A model generated the notes under the pieces. It was not told the origin of the DNA. It did no database searches and saw only the letters and a program-made list of their open reading frames with translations. DNA of 45,309 nt from assembly GCA_003135555.1 (NCBI GenBank), contig PLCF01000025.1, positions 1-45,309 of the forward strand. Reading direction: 5' to 3'. The DNA comes from Vulcanimicrobiota bacterium. GTDB lineage: Bacteria > Vulcanimicrobiota > Vulcanimicrobiia > Vulcanimicrobiales > Vulcanimicrobiaceae. Positions 36,674 to 45,309 of the stretch are shown here, one piece after another (the first letter of the stretch is position 1; every line of letters starts with the position of its first letter). Both the position numbers and the translations under genes were made by a program.

Positions 36674-37936
36674 CTACGTCGGTTCTCCGATGTACGGGAA
36701 GGCGTCGCTGAAGTGGTGACCGCCGGGGCCGACGTTGTCGGTCGTGAGGCACTTCGATTCCTTGCCGTCGTCGGGCGCGAGTTTGAGCGCCGAAATGGTG
36801 TTCCCGAAGATCGCGCCGAGCGAGATGTCGATGACGTTGTCGGTCAGGCCGCGCCCGCCGAACTTGCTGCCCGTCGCACCGCCGGTCTCGGTGCCGAGGT
36901 AGGCCGCCTTCACGCCGGTCTGCGACAGGTCGGCGAGCATCTCGTCGGGGGTGAGCACCGCTTTGAGAACGCCCGCGGTTTCCGCCGAACGGCCCGCGGC
37001 CGTCGTGGTGAAGCTGACGATCGCGTCGGCCAGCGCCGGGTCGTTGGTCGGGGCGCTGCGATTGGTCTTGTCGTGGTTGTCGAACGATTCGAACGCCTCT
37101 TTGACGGCCGGACGTGCCAGGCGCTCGATCTGCGCGTAGCTCGCGCCGTACGGCGACGACGGGTCCTTGACCGACGCGCTGGCCCAGACGCTGATCTTAC
37201 CGGGGGCGCCGCCGGCCGGGGCCAGCATCGCGCGCGGCAGTTCGACCACCAATGAGAGGACGTTGAACTTGTTGGCGGCGAGGAAGTCCTGCGATGCGCT
37301 GGTGTCGCAGCCGCTGCCCGCGGCGAACCCGCGGAAGCTGCTCGCCGACGCCGCGGGGACGGACTTGCCGGCGCCGTGGTTGCCGAAATTGCGATCCGGA
37401 ACGATCTTGAAGAACTGGGCCAAGTCGAAGAAGAACGGATCCTCGCGCGGTCCCGCAAACACCTTGATGCCCTTCACGCTGGCGTTCTTGTCGTTGTACT
37501 TGAACGTGGCGGTGCTTGCGGTCCACGTCGACGACGTCCCGGTCTGGTTCGGCTTGGCGGGACCGTACATGGTGATCGTCTGCGAACCGTTCTGAGGGGC
37601 GCTCGCCGAGAACTGAATCACCAGGTCCTCGACCTTGTCGCCGCTGTTGTCGATCTTGAACTGATACATGACGCCGGGGTCGAAATAGGTCGATGCGCCC
37701 ATGCCGGGCGCGATGAGCGGATGCGCGTCGACCGCGAGCACGACGTTGGCGTCGTTGCGCGGCGAAGGAAAGACGTAGACGTCGGTGAGATCGGCGCCCG
37801 GACGCGCGAGCACGGCCGGCGAATCCGCATGGTCGGACCCGATCGCCCCGCGCACGCCGTAGAGCGACCCGACCCCGGCGGCGAGCGCGACGAGCGCGGC
37901 CGCGACGAGTGAGGACCGAAGAGTCCTGGGTGACAT
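36674..37936 (-). CDS. DUF4331-family secreted protein
   Basis: SDHADSP, DLTDVYVF, FAGPREDPFFFDL, GGRGLTDNVID, FPYIGEP. Confidence 0.88.
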   Translation of the reverse strand: MSPRTLRSSLVAAALVALAAGVGSLYGVRGAIGSDHADSPAVLARPGADLTDVYVFPSPRNDANVVLAVDAHPLIAPGMGASTYFDPGVMYQFKIDNSGDKVEDLVIQFSASAPQNGSQTITMYGPAKPNQTGTSSTWTASTATFKYNDKNASVKGIKVFAGPREDPFFFDLAQFFKIVPDRNFGNHGAGKSVPAASASSFRGFAAGSGCDTSASQDFLAANKFNVLSLVVELPRAMLAPAGGAPGKISVWASASVKDPSSPYGASYAQIERLARPAVKEAFESFDNHDKTNRSAPTNDPALADAIVSFTTTAAGRSAETAGVLKAVLTPDEMLADLSQTGVKAAYLGTETGGATGSKFGGRGLTDNVIDISLGAIFGNTISALKLAPDDGKESKCLTTDNVGPGGHHFSDAFPYIGEPT

Positions 37937-38104
37937 GAAAAGCCTCCGAATATGCCGGCGACCGCCCGCGGCGGCCGTCGGCGGCGAGATGCCCGAGGTA
38001 ACGGCCCGCCCCCTCTGTTGGATTGGAGGCTCGGAGAGGCGGCGCGGCCCCGGGGCGATAAGGGCCGTGTACGTTCAAGAAGCTGCAAGCCGGGTACGTT
38101 TAGG

Positions 38105-39172
38105 GTGGATCGCGCAGTCCTCTTCGTCGCGCTGCTGGTCATCGTCGGGATCATCGAACTCAGCGTCTGGACGTCGATACGTGCCTATGCCTCACCCTAC
38201 GTGGTGGGCGGGTCCGAGATCGCCCAGCTGATCGATTCCGAAGTCGGTGACATGATCGCCGCGCGCTTTCCGGCCGCGGCAGTGGGTGCTGCAGAATGCC
38301 CGAACTTGCTGGACCTCACCGAGCGGCGCAGCGCGCGGTGTACGGTCCCGGTTTCCGGCAGCCTGCTGCGGATCGACGTGCTGCGCGCGTGGGACGGCCG
38401 GCGCGCCGACTTCCAGGCCGTCGATGGGCTGGTGGTCTTGCCGGACGCGCAACGCGCCGTTGCCGACGACTTGGCGTACGCCTACGGCGAGACGTTCAAC
38501 GTGCGGTGTCTCGGACCGGCGGTTCGCGTACTACCCCCCAAGACGACGTTCATCTGCTCGATCGAAGCCCCCGACGTCATGCGCCGGAACCTCGAGGTGA
38601 GCGCGAGCGGATACAACGGCGACGTCTTTCCCTTTGAGCTCGACGGGGTCGCGCAGCGGCAGGTGCGGATCCTGGGTCGCGAAGTGAGCGAACAGCGCGA
38701 GGGTGGCATCACCGTCGACGGACGCGCGTTGGAGCGGTACGTGCTGGGGAGTGCCGCTATCGAGGCGCGTGGTGAAGTGCGCCGCCGCGGCCTCCTCGGC
38801 GCTGCGCGCTGTCCGCGGCGCGTCGCGCTCAAGGGATTGGAGCACGCGACTTGCACGGTGCGCGTCGGCGGCCGCACGCTGCGGTACGACGTGCGGTTCG
38901 ACGAGGGACGCGGGCTCGTGATCGATACGCAGCAGGCGGTCGAGGTCATGCCGGTGTTGCGCGACATCGCCGCAGCGTACTTCGAGCGCAGCCGGCGCAC
39001 CGGCGGAAAACCGTTGCGTGCGCAGATCGACTGCGGCACCGAGCTCGTCCTGCTCGTAGAACCAGGCACTTCGCTGCCGTGCACGGCAAAGGTTGGCGAC
39101 GAGAGCTTCCCGTTCGCTTTCCAAATCGCCGATCCACAGGGCGGGTTCACCATCGAGACACCGCAGGAATGA
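38105..39172 (+). CDS. Membrane-anchored protein with four DUF4333-like Cys-pair repeats
   Basis: TM helix followed by ECP..RCTV, RCL..ICSI, RCP..TCTV and DCG..PCTA. Confidence 0.7.
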   Translation: MDRAVLFVALLVIVGIIELSVWTSIRAYASPYVVGGSEIAQLIDSEVGDMIAARFPAAAVGAAECPNLLDLTERRSARCTVPVSGSLLRIDVLRAWDGRRADFQAVDGLVVLPDAQRAVADDLAYAYGETFNVRCLGPAVRVLPPKTTFICSIEAPDVMRRNLEVSASGYNGDVFPFELDGVAQRQVRILGREVSEQREGGITVDGRALERYVLGSAAIEARGEVRRRGLLGAARCPRRVALKGLEHATCTVRVGGRTLRYDVRFDEGRGLVIDTQQAVEVMPVLRDIAAAYFERSRRTGGKPLRAQIDCGTELVLLVEPGTSLPCTAKVGDESFPFAFQIADPQGGFTIETPQE

Positions 39173-39212
39173 GCCCCGGGCACCGAAATTGCCGGGAGAG
39201 GGAGGGACGCAA

Positions 39213-39635
39213 ATGCGAGCCTATCAACGTCTAATGTGCGCGGCTGCCTCGGTCCTCGCGGCCGGCTGTGTGACGGTCGCGACGTGCGTTGCGTCGGACT
39301 ACGGCGAGTTCCGAACGCCCTCGGGCGGGATCGGCTGCGAGTACTACGACAACTCGCTGCGCTGCGACGTCATCGGCGGCGTCAAACCCCTGCCGCCGCA
39401 ACCGAGGAGTTGCGAATTCGACTGGGGCCAAGGGTTCCGGCTCAACCCGCACGGCGCCGCATTCATCGTCTGCGCCGGCGACACGGCACTCAACCACTCG
39501 CCGCACGTCGTCGCGTACGGGACGATCTGGCGGCGCGGCAGCTTCGCGTGTAGCTCGTCGACCAACGGGCTGCGCTGCACCAACGCCGACCGCCGCGGCT
39601 TTTTCATCTCGCGCGGGGAAGCGTACCGCTTTTAG
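39213..39635 (+). CDS. Small Cys-rich secreted protein (DUF6636-like)
   Basis: FRTPSGGIGC, CEFDWG, CAGDT, CSSSTNGLRCTN..GFFISR. GGAGG RBS. Confidence 0.8.
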   Translation: MRAYQRLMCAAASVLAAGCVTVATCVASDYGEFRTPSGGIGCEYYDNSLRCDVIGGVKPLPPQPRSCEFDWGQGFRLNPHGAAFIVCAGDTALNHSPHVVAYGTIWRRGSFACSSSTNGLRCTNADRRGFFISRGEAYRF

Positions 39636-39650
39636 GCCCGCCCGATGTCA

Positions 39651-39667
39651 GGGTGAGCATGTCGAAG
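39651..39667. repeat. Partial third copy of the REP-like element
   Basis: GGGTGAGCATGTCGAAG, 16/17 identical to 23042..23058. Intergenic. Confidence 0.55.
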
Positions 39668-39797
39668 CACGCAGGTGCGACAAAGGTCGCGGACGAGCCG
39701 GTGCGCGTGCGAAGGCGCAGCGGCTTTACCATCCGAAAAGGTGCCGGTCGATGCCGCTTTGCTCGCGCTTTTCCATGGAACAACAGGCGGACCACCG

Positions 39798-40631
39798 GTG
39801 AGCACCCAGACCGACGCCGCGACCGGCGTTCACCCCGGCCTCGATGCCGCAGCGGCCGTGGCCCTCGCGGGCTGGTCGCCGCACGTCCGGCGGCCGGGCG
39901 ACCCCTTCGACGAACTCTACGCTCGCCTGCTCCCCGAGATCGAGCCCCTCATCGCCCAATACGAGGAGAAGCGCTCGGCGCTGATCCCGCTGGCGCAGCT
40001 GTTCCAAGAGCACGAGGGCTACCTGGGCGCGGATGCGCTGGCCGCGATCGCCTACCTCGTCGGCGAGTCGTCGGCTCAAGTCGAGTCCACCATCTCGTTC
40101 TACACGCTGCTGTTCCGCAGGCCGGTCGGCAAGTACATGTTCCAGGTCTGCCGCAACTTGTCGTGCATGCTCAACGGCGCCGAGGCGATGATGGCATACG
40201 CCCGTGAGAGCCTCGGCATCGAGCATCTCGAGACAACCGGCGACGGCTTGATCTCCTACGAAGAAGTCGAGTGTCTGGCCGCCTGCGACCGCGCGCCTTG
40301 CGCGCAGGTCAACCTGGAGTTCGTGTACGACCTCACGCGCGAAAAGATCGATGCCATGCTCGCGGCGATGCGCGCCGGTACGTTCGAGATCGCGCCGCTC
40401 GTCCAAACGGTCAAGCCCGGGCGCACCTGGAAGGTCGAGCAGGACACCGGCTTCAAGTCGGCCGGCGCGATGGGCGTCAGCAACCCCAACAACGCGGGCG
40501 GCGTCGGCGACGCGAGCGGGATGGTGATGTTCGACCTCATCGTCGGCAAGCCGCAGTACGAGCAGCGCTCCAACGAGCGTCTGCTGCGCGAAACGCGCCT
40601 GCGCCCCGAGCTGTCGGAGAACGGGCGATGA
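39798..40631 (+). CDS. nuoE: NADH-quinone oxidoreductase subunit E (with terminal extensions)
   Basis: SFYTL, VCRNLSC, ECLAACDRAP. Confidence 0.92.
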   Translation: MSTQTDAATGVHPGLDAAAAVALAGWSPHVRRPGDPFDELYARLLPEIEPLIAQYEEKRSALIPLAQLFQEHEGYLGADALAAIAYLVGESSAQVESTISFYTLLFRRPVGKYMFQVCRNLSCMLNGAEAMMAYARESLGIEHLETTGDGLISYEEVECLAACDRAPCAQVNLEFVYDLTREKIDAMLAAMRAGTFEIAPLVQTVKPGRTWKVEQDTGFKSAGAMGVSNPNNAGGVGDASGMVMFDLIVGKPQYEQRSNERLLRETRLRPELSENGR

Positions 40632-40755
40632 CGATGCGGTTGCGGTCCCCCTCGGGGACTGTTGCTTCGTCGCCATGTGCGCGGGACCGCGCTGTGTGGG
40701 GGCCCCGCGTCGCAGACGCGGGGGGCGCGCAGCCGGGGGCGGAGCGCCGTTAGAC

Positions 40756-42033
40756 ATGCCCGATCTGATCACTCCGGTTCTCACCAAGGGCATCGGCGAG
40801 CTCGACCTGCGCGACATCGCCGTGTATCGCGCGCAGGGCGGCTACGAGCAGTGGCGCCGCGCCGTCACCGCGCTCGCGCCCCAGGACGTCGCGGCGATCT
40901 GCAACGGCTCGAACCTGCGCGGCCGGGGCGGCGCGGGCTTCCCGACCGGGCGCAAATGGTCGTTCTTGCCGAACAACGGTCGACCGCGCTACATGGTCTG
41001 CAACTGCGACGAGGCCGAGCCCGGAACGTTCAAGGACCGCATGCTGCTCGAGGAGACCCCGCACCAGATCATCGAGGGGATCCTCATCGGCGCGTACGCG
41101 ATCGGCTGCACGCACGCCTACATCTATATTCGCGGCGAGTTCAAGCGCGGATACCAGGCGATGCGCGACGCGGTCGCCCAGGCGCGCGCCGCGGGTTTCA
41201 TCGGCGGCGACGTGTTCGGCAGCGGGAAATCCTTCGAGCTCACGATCCATCGCGGCGCGGGCGCGTACATCTGCGGTGAGGAGACGGGGCTGCTCAACTC
41301 GCTCGAAGGCAAGCGCGGCGAGCCGCGTCTCAAGCCGCCGTTCCCGGCGATCAAAGGCCTCTACGGCGAGCCGACCGTCGTCAACAACGTCGAGACCCTG
41401 GCCTACTTGCCCTACATCATGCGCAACGGTGCGGAGTGGTTCGCCAAGGCCGGCCCCGAGCGCTCGCCCGGCTTCAAGGTCGTTTCGATCTCCGGCCACG
41501 TGCGCAAGCCGGGCAACTACGAGGTCGCGCTGGGAACGACGATCCGCCAGCTGATCTACGATTGCGCCGGCGGCTTGCGTCCCGGCCGCACCTTCATGGG
41601 CGTGCAGCCCGGCGGCGGTTCCTCGGCCTGCCTCTTCGAAGAGCACCTCGACGTCTCGTACGATTTCGACAGCGTCGTCAAAGCCGGTTCGATGCTCGGC
41701 TCGGGAGCGATGGTGGTGTTCGACGACACGACCGATTTCGTCAAAGCGGCGTACGCGCTGATCCGCTTTTTCTCGCACGAGTCGTGCGGCCAGTGCACGC
41801 CGTGCCGCGAGGGCGGTCACTGGCTCCAGCGCACGCTCGAGCGCATCCTCGACGGCCGCGGGGTCGATTCCGACATCGACGTCATCGCGTCGGCGGCGCA
41901 TCAGCTCACCGGTCTGAATCTGTGCGCGCTGGGCGATTCGATCGAACCGTTTCTCGCTTCGGTGATCACGCGCTACGAGAGCCAGTTCCGCGCCTACATC
42001 AAATCCAACGACGCCGTGCCGGTGGCACCGTGA
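40756..42033 (+). CDS. nuoF: NADH-quinone oxidoreductase subunit F
   Basis: GRGGAGFPTG, DEAEPGTFKD, YICGEET, ESCGQCTPCREG. Confidence 0.96.
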   Translation: MPDLITPVLTKGIGELDLRDIAVYRAQGGYEQWRRAVTALAPQDVAAICNGSNLRGRGGAGFPTGRKWSFLPNNGRPRYMVCNCDEAEPGTFKDRMLLEETPHQIIEGILIGAYAIGCTHAYIYIRGEFKRGYQAMRDAVAQARAAGFIGGDVFGSGKSFELTIHRGAGAYICGEETGLLNSLEGKRGEPRLKPPFPAIKGLYGEPTVVNNVETLAYLPYIMRNGAEWFAKAGPERSPGFKVVSISGHVRKPGNYEVALGTTIRQLIYDCAGGLRPGRTFMGVQPGGGSSACLFEEHLDVSYDFDSVVKAGSMLGSGAMVVFDDTTDFVKAAYALIRFFSHESCGQCTPCREGGHWLQRTLERILDGRGVDSDIDVIASAAHQLTGLNLCALGDSIEPFLASVITRYESQFRAYIKSNDAVPVAP

Positions 42034-42254
42034 ACGACCTGGCGCGCCGGTATTTTCTGTTCGCCGGTACGGCTCGCGGCAAGAAGACGATCGCGGCCGT
42101 TTTTATCGGCGTCGCGCTGGCGCTGGATCTGGTCGCCTCGCTACTGGCCTCGGACGGTCGCCACGGCCGCGAAGCCGGGACGCTCTACAGCGTGGCGACC
42201 GGCGTCATCTTGGTCGGCGTGGTCTTCATTCTGCTCAACCGGAGAGCGCCGTAG
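42030..42254 (+). CDS. 74-aa two-TM hypothetical protein between nuoF and nuoG
   Basis: GTGA overlap with the nuoF stop. Its own stop abuts the nuoG ATG. Two hydrophobic helices. Confidence 0.7.
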   Translation: MNDLARRYFLFAGTARGKKTIAAVFIGVALALDLVASLLASDGRHGREAGTLYSVATGVILVGVVFILLNRRAP

Positions 42255-44498
42255 ATGTCGGTCACTGTTGCGCAGGCCGGTCTGGTCACGCTCTCGATCG
42301 ACGGCGTCGAAGTCCGCGTCCCCAAGGGCACGTTGCTCGTCGAGGCCGCCAAAACGATCCACACCGACATCCCGGTCTACTGCTATCACGAGAAGCTCGG
42401 GCCGGCGGGGCTGTGCCGCATTTGCTTGGTCGAGATCGAAGGGATGCCCAAGCTGCAGATCGCGTGCAACACGGAGGTCGCGGATGGCATGAAGGTCCAC
42501 ACCCGGAACGCCCGCGTCGACGACGGCCGGCGCGCGATTCTGGAGTTTTTCTTGCTCAACCATCCGCTGGACTGTCCGATTTGCGACAAAGGCGGCGAGT
42601 GCGATCTGCAGGACTACGCCATGGCCTGGGGCCAGGGCGCGTCGCGCATGCTCGAGCCCAAGATGCCCAAGCCCAAAGCGGTCGATCTCGGTCCGACCAT
42701 CGTGCTCGACGAAGAACGCTGCATCGTGTGCCAGCGCTGCGTGCGCTTCGATCAGATCATCACCCGCGAAGACTCGCTGCGCACCGACGACCGCGGCGCG
42801 CATACGATCATCGCCACCGCCACCGGAAAGCCGTACGTCTCGGATTTCACCGGCAACGTCACCGAACTGTGCCCGGTCGGCGCGCTCACCTCCAAGACCT
42901 ACCGCTTTCGCTCGCGGCCGTGGGACAATCATCGTACGACCACCTCGTGCACCCAGTGCAGCGTCGGCTGTCAGATGCACGTCGACGAGCGTGACAACAC
43001 GCTGTTGCGCACCATGAGCGTCGCCGAGGATGATGCGCTCTCCGACGCCTGGCTGTGCGACCGCGGGCGCTACAACATCGGCTTCGTCGGCGACGAGCGC
43101 CGCATCGCGTCGCCGTTGCTGAAGGTCGACGGCGCCTGGAACCAGATCGCGCGGGAAGACGCGATCGCGCTGTGGGCTTCCAAGATCACCGAGGCGCTCG
43201 CCCAAGGCGGCCCGGCGCGCGTCGGCGTGATCGGCGGCGGCCGGCTTCTCAACGAAGAGATCCTGCTTGCGGCGCAGCTGCACCGGGCGCTGGGCATCGA
43301 GAACCTCGACCACCGGGTCGGCATGCAGACGATCGTCCACCACGACGGCTTCGCCAACCACGTCGATCTCGAAGGCGCGAACACGATCGTCACGCTTGGC
43401 CGGCCACCCTCGCAGCTCGCACCGATCCTCGATCTGCGCATCCGCAAGGCGGTGTCGCGCAACGGCGCGCGGCTGATCTCGGTCGGCGACTACTACGCCG
43501 GCAGCTTCGTCCCCGAAACCCACGTCACGACGGCCGAGCAGCTCAAAGCGGCCCTGGGCGAGCAGCCGGGACGCGTCGCGATCATCTGGGACGGCGTGTT
43601 CTTCGAAGGCGGTCCCGAGCTGACCGCGCCGATGCACGATCTGCCGCAGGCCGAACGCGTCGACCGCTACGTGCTGCCCGAGTCGCCCAACGGCCGGGGC
43701 GCCGACGCGCTCGGCCTGCGCCCGCGCGACGGCGGCCTGGACACGCGCGGGATGCTCGCGGCTGCGCGCGATGGCGAGCTGTCGGTGTTGGCAATCTTGG
43801 GTGCCGACCCGATGCTGCGCTTTCCCGATCGCGCGCTGGTCGAAGCCGCGCTGCGCAACGTCCCCTTCGTCGTCGTCACCGATCTCTTTCTCACCGAAAC
43901 CGCCGAGTTCGCGAACCTGGTGCTGCCGGTATGCAGCGCGTTCGAGAAGACTGGAACCACGACCGATCTCGCCGGCGACGTGCTGCCCGTCGTCGGCGCG
44001 GTGCGCGTCCCCGAGGGCGTGGTCGCCGACGGGGACCTCATCGTCGAGCTGGCGGAACGTCTGGGCGTCGCGCTGCCGCTCCCCGAGGCGATGCAGGAGC
44101 AGATCCTCCGGCTGGTGCGCACGCTGCCCGCGCCGCCCGGCGCACCGCCCTACCTGCGCAAGACCGCCGCCGTGCCGGGTGCGCTGCGCGTCGTCCCCGA
44201 GACGACGATCTTCACGGGGGGTGGAACCTTGGCGTTCGACCCCCGCATCGCCGAACTGCGGACCGGCGCCCGCGCCACGATCCATCCCGATGACGCGCGA
44301 TCGCTGCAGCTCAGCGACGGCGACCGCGTCGACGCGGTGGGTGCGCACGGGACGCGCCTGCGCGACCTCGCGGTCCGGATCGATCCGCGGGTGGCCGCCG
44401 GCGCGGTGGCGCTCGTCGACGGCATCGTCGCCGCGCCGCTGAACGCGCTCGGCGACGCCGCGTCGGTGACCCTGGAAAAGGCGGCAGTGCTCGCATGA
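42255..44498 (+). CDS. nuoG: NADH-quinone oxidoreductase subunit G
   Basis: CYH..CRIC, HPLDCPICDKGGEC, CIVCQRC, and N7-type CTQCSVGC...C. Confidence 0.95.
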   Translation: MSVTVAQAGLVTLSIDGVEVRVPKGTLLVEAAKTIHTDIPVYCYHEKLGPAGLCRICLVEIEGMPKLQIACNTEVADGMKVHTRNARVDDGRRAILEFFLLNHPLDCPICDKGGECDLQDYAMAWGQGASRMLEPKMPKPKAVDLGPTIVLDEERCIVCQRCVRFDQIITREDSLRTDDRGAHTIIATATGKPYVSDFTGNVTELCPVGALTSKTYRFRSRPWDNHRTTTSCTQCSVGCQMHVDERDNTLLRTMSVAEDDALSDAWLCDRGRYNIGFVGDERRIASPLLKVDGAWNQIAREDAIALWASKITEALAQGGPARVGVIGGGRLLNEEILLAAQLHRALGIENLDHRVGMQTIVHHDGFANHVDLEGANTIVTLGRPPSQLAPILDLRIRKAVSRNGARLISVGDYYAGSFVPETHVTTAEQLKAALGEQPGRVAIIWDGVFFEGGPELTAPMHDLPQAERVDRYVLPESPNGRGADALGLRPRDGGLDTRGMLAAARDGELSVLAILGADPMLRFPDRALVEAALRNVPFVVVTDLFLTETAEFANLVLPVCSAFEKTGTTTDLAGDVLPVVGAVRVPEGVVADGDLIVELAERLGVALPLPEAMQEQILRLVRTLPAPPGAPPYLRKTAAVPGALRVVPETTIFTGGGTLAFDPRIAELRTGARATIHPDDARSLQLSDGDRVDAVGAHGTRLRDLAVRIDPRVAAGAVALVDGIVAAPLNALGDAASVTLEKAAVLA

Positions 44499-45309
44499 CC
44501 TCCGCCGTTCCGATTTGGCTCATCGTGCTCGTCAAGGCGCTCATCGTGTTGTTCGTGGTCATCACGACCTTCGCGTATTCGATGCTCTTCGAGCGCAAGA
44601 TCATGGGCTGGATGCAGCTGCGCCCGGGACCGAACCGGGTCGGCCCCTGGGGGATGCTGCAGCCCGCCGCCGACGCGGTGAAGATGATCTTCAAGGAAGA
44701 CCTGACGCCTGATACCGCCGATCCGCTGATCTACCGGCTCGCGCCGTTCATCTCGTTGATCTGCGCGATGGGCACCTTCGCGATCATTCCGTTCTCGGCT
44801 AACGCCGACGGCACGCTGTGGTCGGTCGGGAACGTGAACGCCGGGATCTTGTTCATCTTCGCGCTGACCTCGATCGGCGTGTACGGGATCTCGCTGGCCG
44901 GGTGGGCGTCGGGGTCGAAGTTCCCATTGCTGGGCTCGGTGCGCTCGACCGCGCAGATGATCTCGTACGAGCTGTCGATGTCGATGTCGGTGATCGGCGT
45001 TCTGATCTTGGCCGGCTCGACGGCGCTGGGCGACATCGTCAACGCGCAATACCGCCTGTGGTTCGTGGTCCCGCAGATCGTCGGGTTCGTCATCTACCTC
45101 ATCACGGCGATCGCTGAGACCAATCGCGCACCGTTCGATTTGGTCGAGGCCGAGACCGAGCTCGTCGGCGGCTTCCATACCGAGTACTCCGGTTTGCGCT
45201 TCGGGTTGTTCTTCATCGCCGAGTACCTCAACATGATCACGGTCTCGTGTCTGGCGACGCTGCTCTTTCTGGGCGGCTGGAACGGCCCGTTCGGGCTCCC
45301 GTCGGGCGG
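44495..45309 (+). CDS. nuoH: NADH-quinone oxidoreductase subunit H (runs off the window)
   Basis: Hand translation: FERKIMGWMQLRPGPNRVG, AQMISYE, AETNRAPFDLVEAETEL. Confidence 0.95.
   Translation, partial: MTSAVPIWLIVLVKALIVLFVVITTFAYSMLFERKIMGWMQLRPGPNRVGPWGMLQPAADAVKMIFKEDLTPDTADPLIYRLAPFISLICAMGTFAIIPFSANADGTLWSVGNVNAGILFIFALTSIGVYGISLAGWASGSKFPLLGSVRSTAQMISYELSMSMSVIGVLILAGSTALGDIVNAQYRLWFVVPQIVGFVIYLITAIAETNRAPFDLVEAETELVGGFHTEYSGLRFGLFFIAEYLNMITVSCLATLLFLGGWNGPFGLPSG

Noticed and set aside
42141..44348. Long antisense ORFs (also 2193..3551, 10182..11351, 11815..13476, 20236..21447, 28201..29238)
   Set aside because: Typical high-GC shadow frames opposite well-supported genes.
1..45309. 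CRISPR array, IS element or prophage
   Set aside because: No regularly spaced repeats and no transposase, integrase or phage structural genes were found by eye.

Overview
High-GC chromosomal window from a diderm soil-type bacterium. Gene content and the Pro-rich secreted proteins suggest Eremiobacterota/Vulcanimicrobiia, which is inference only. The left end is the tail of a tRNA cluster: a tRNA 3' end, an AT-richer antisense HNH endonuclease missing from the ORF track because it runs off the window, two atypical tRNA-Gly genes and a second, co-oriented HNH gene. Next come a PP2C/HATPase sensor, lipid-metabolism genes, two secreted paralogs flanking a lipase-fold enzyme, a PMM-dynamin-nagA operon and three pilin-like genes. 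These are followed by amt, a 42-aa peptide and a porin, a riboswitch-controlled B12 uptake locus, hicBA, hflX, a protease and a K+ channel. The nuo operon is split between nuoD and nuoE by about 5.4 kb of unrelated genes that include a GH76/MCP deletion scar. A 43-bp REP-like repeat lies in-frame in two coding regions. No CRISPR array, integrase or transposase was seen. All family calls come from motif recognition, not database searches.
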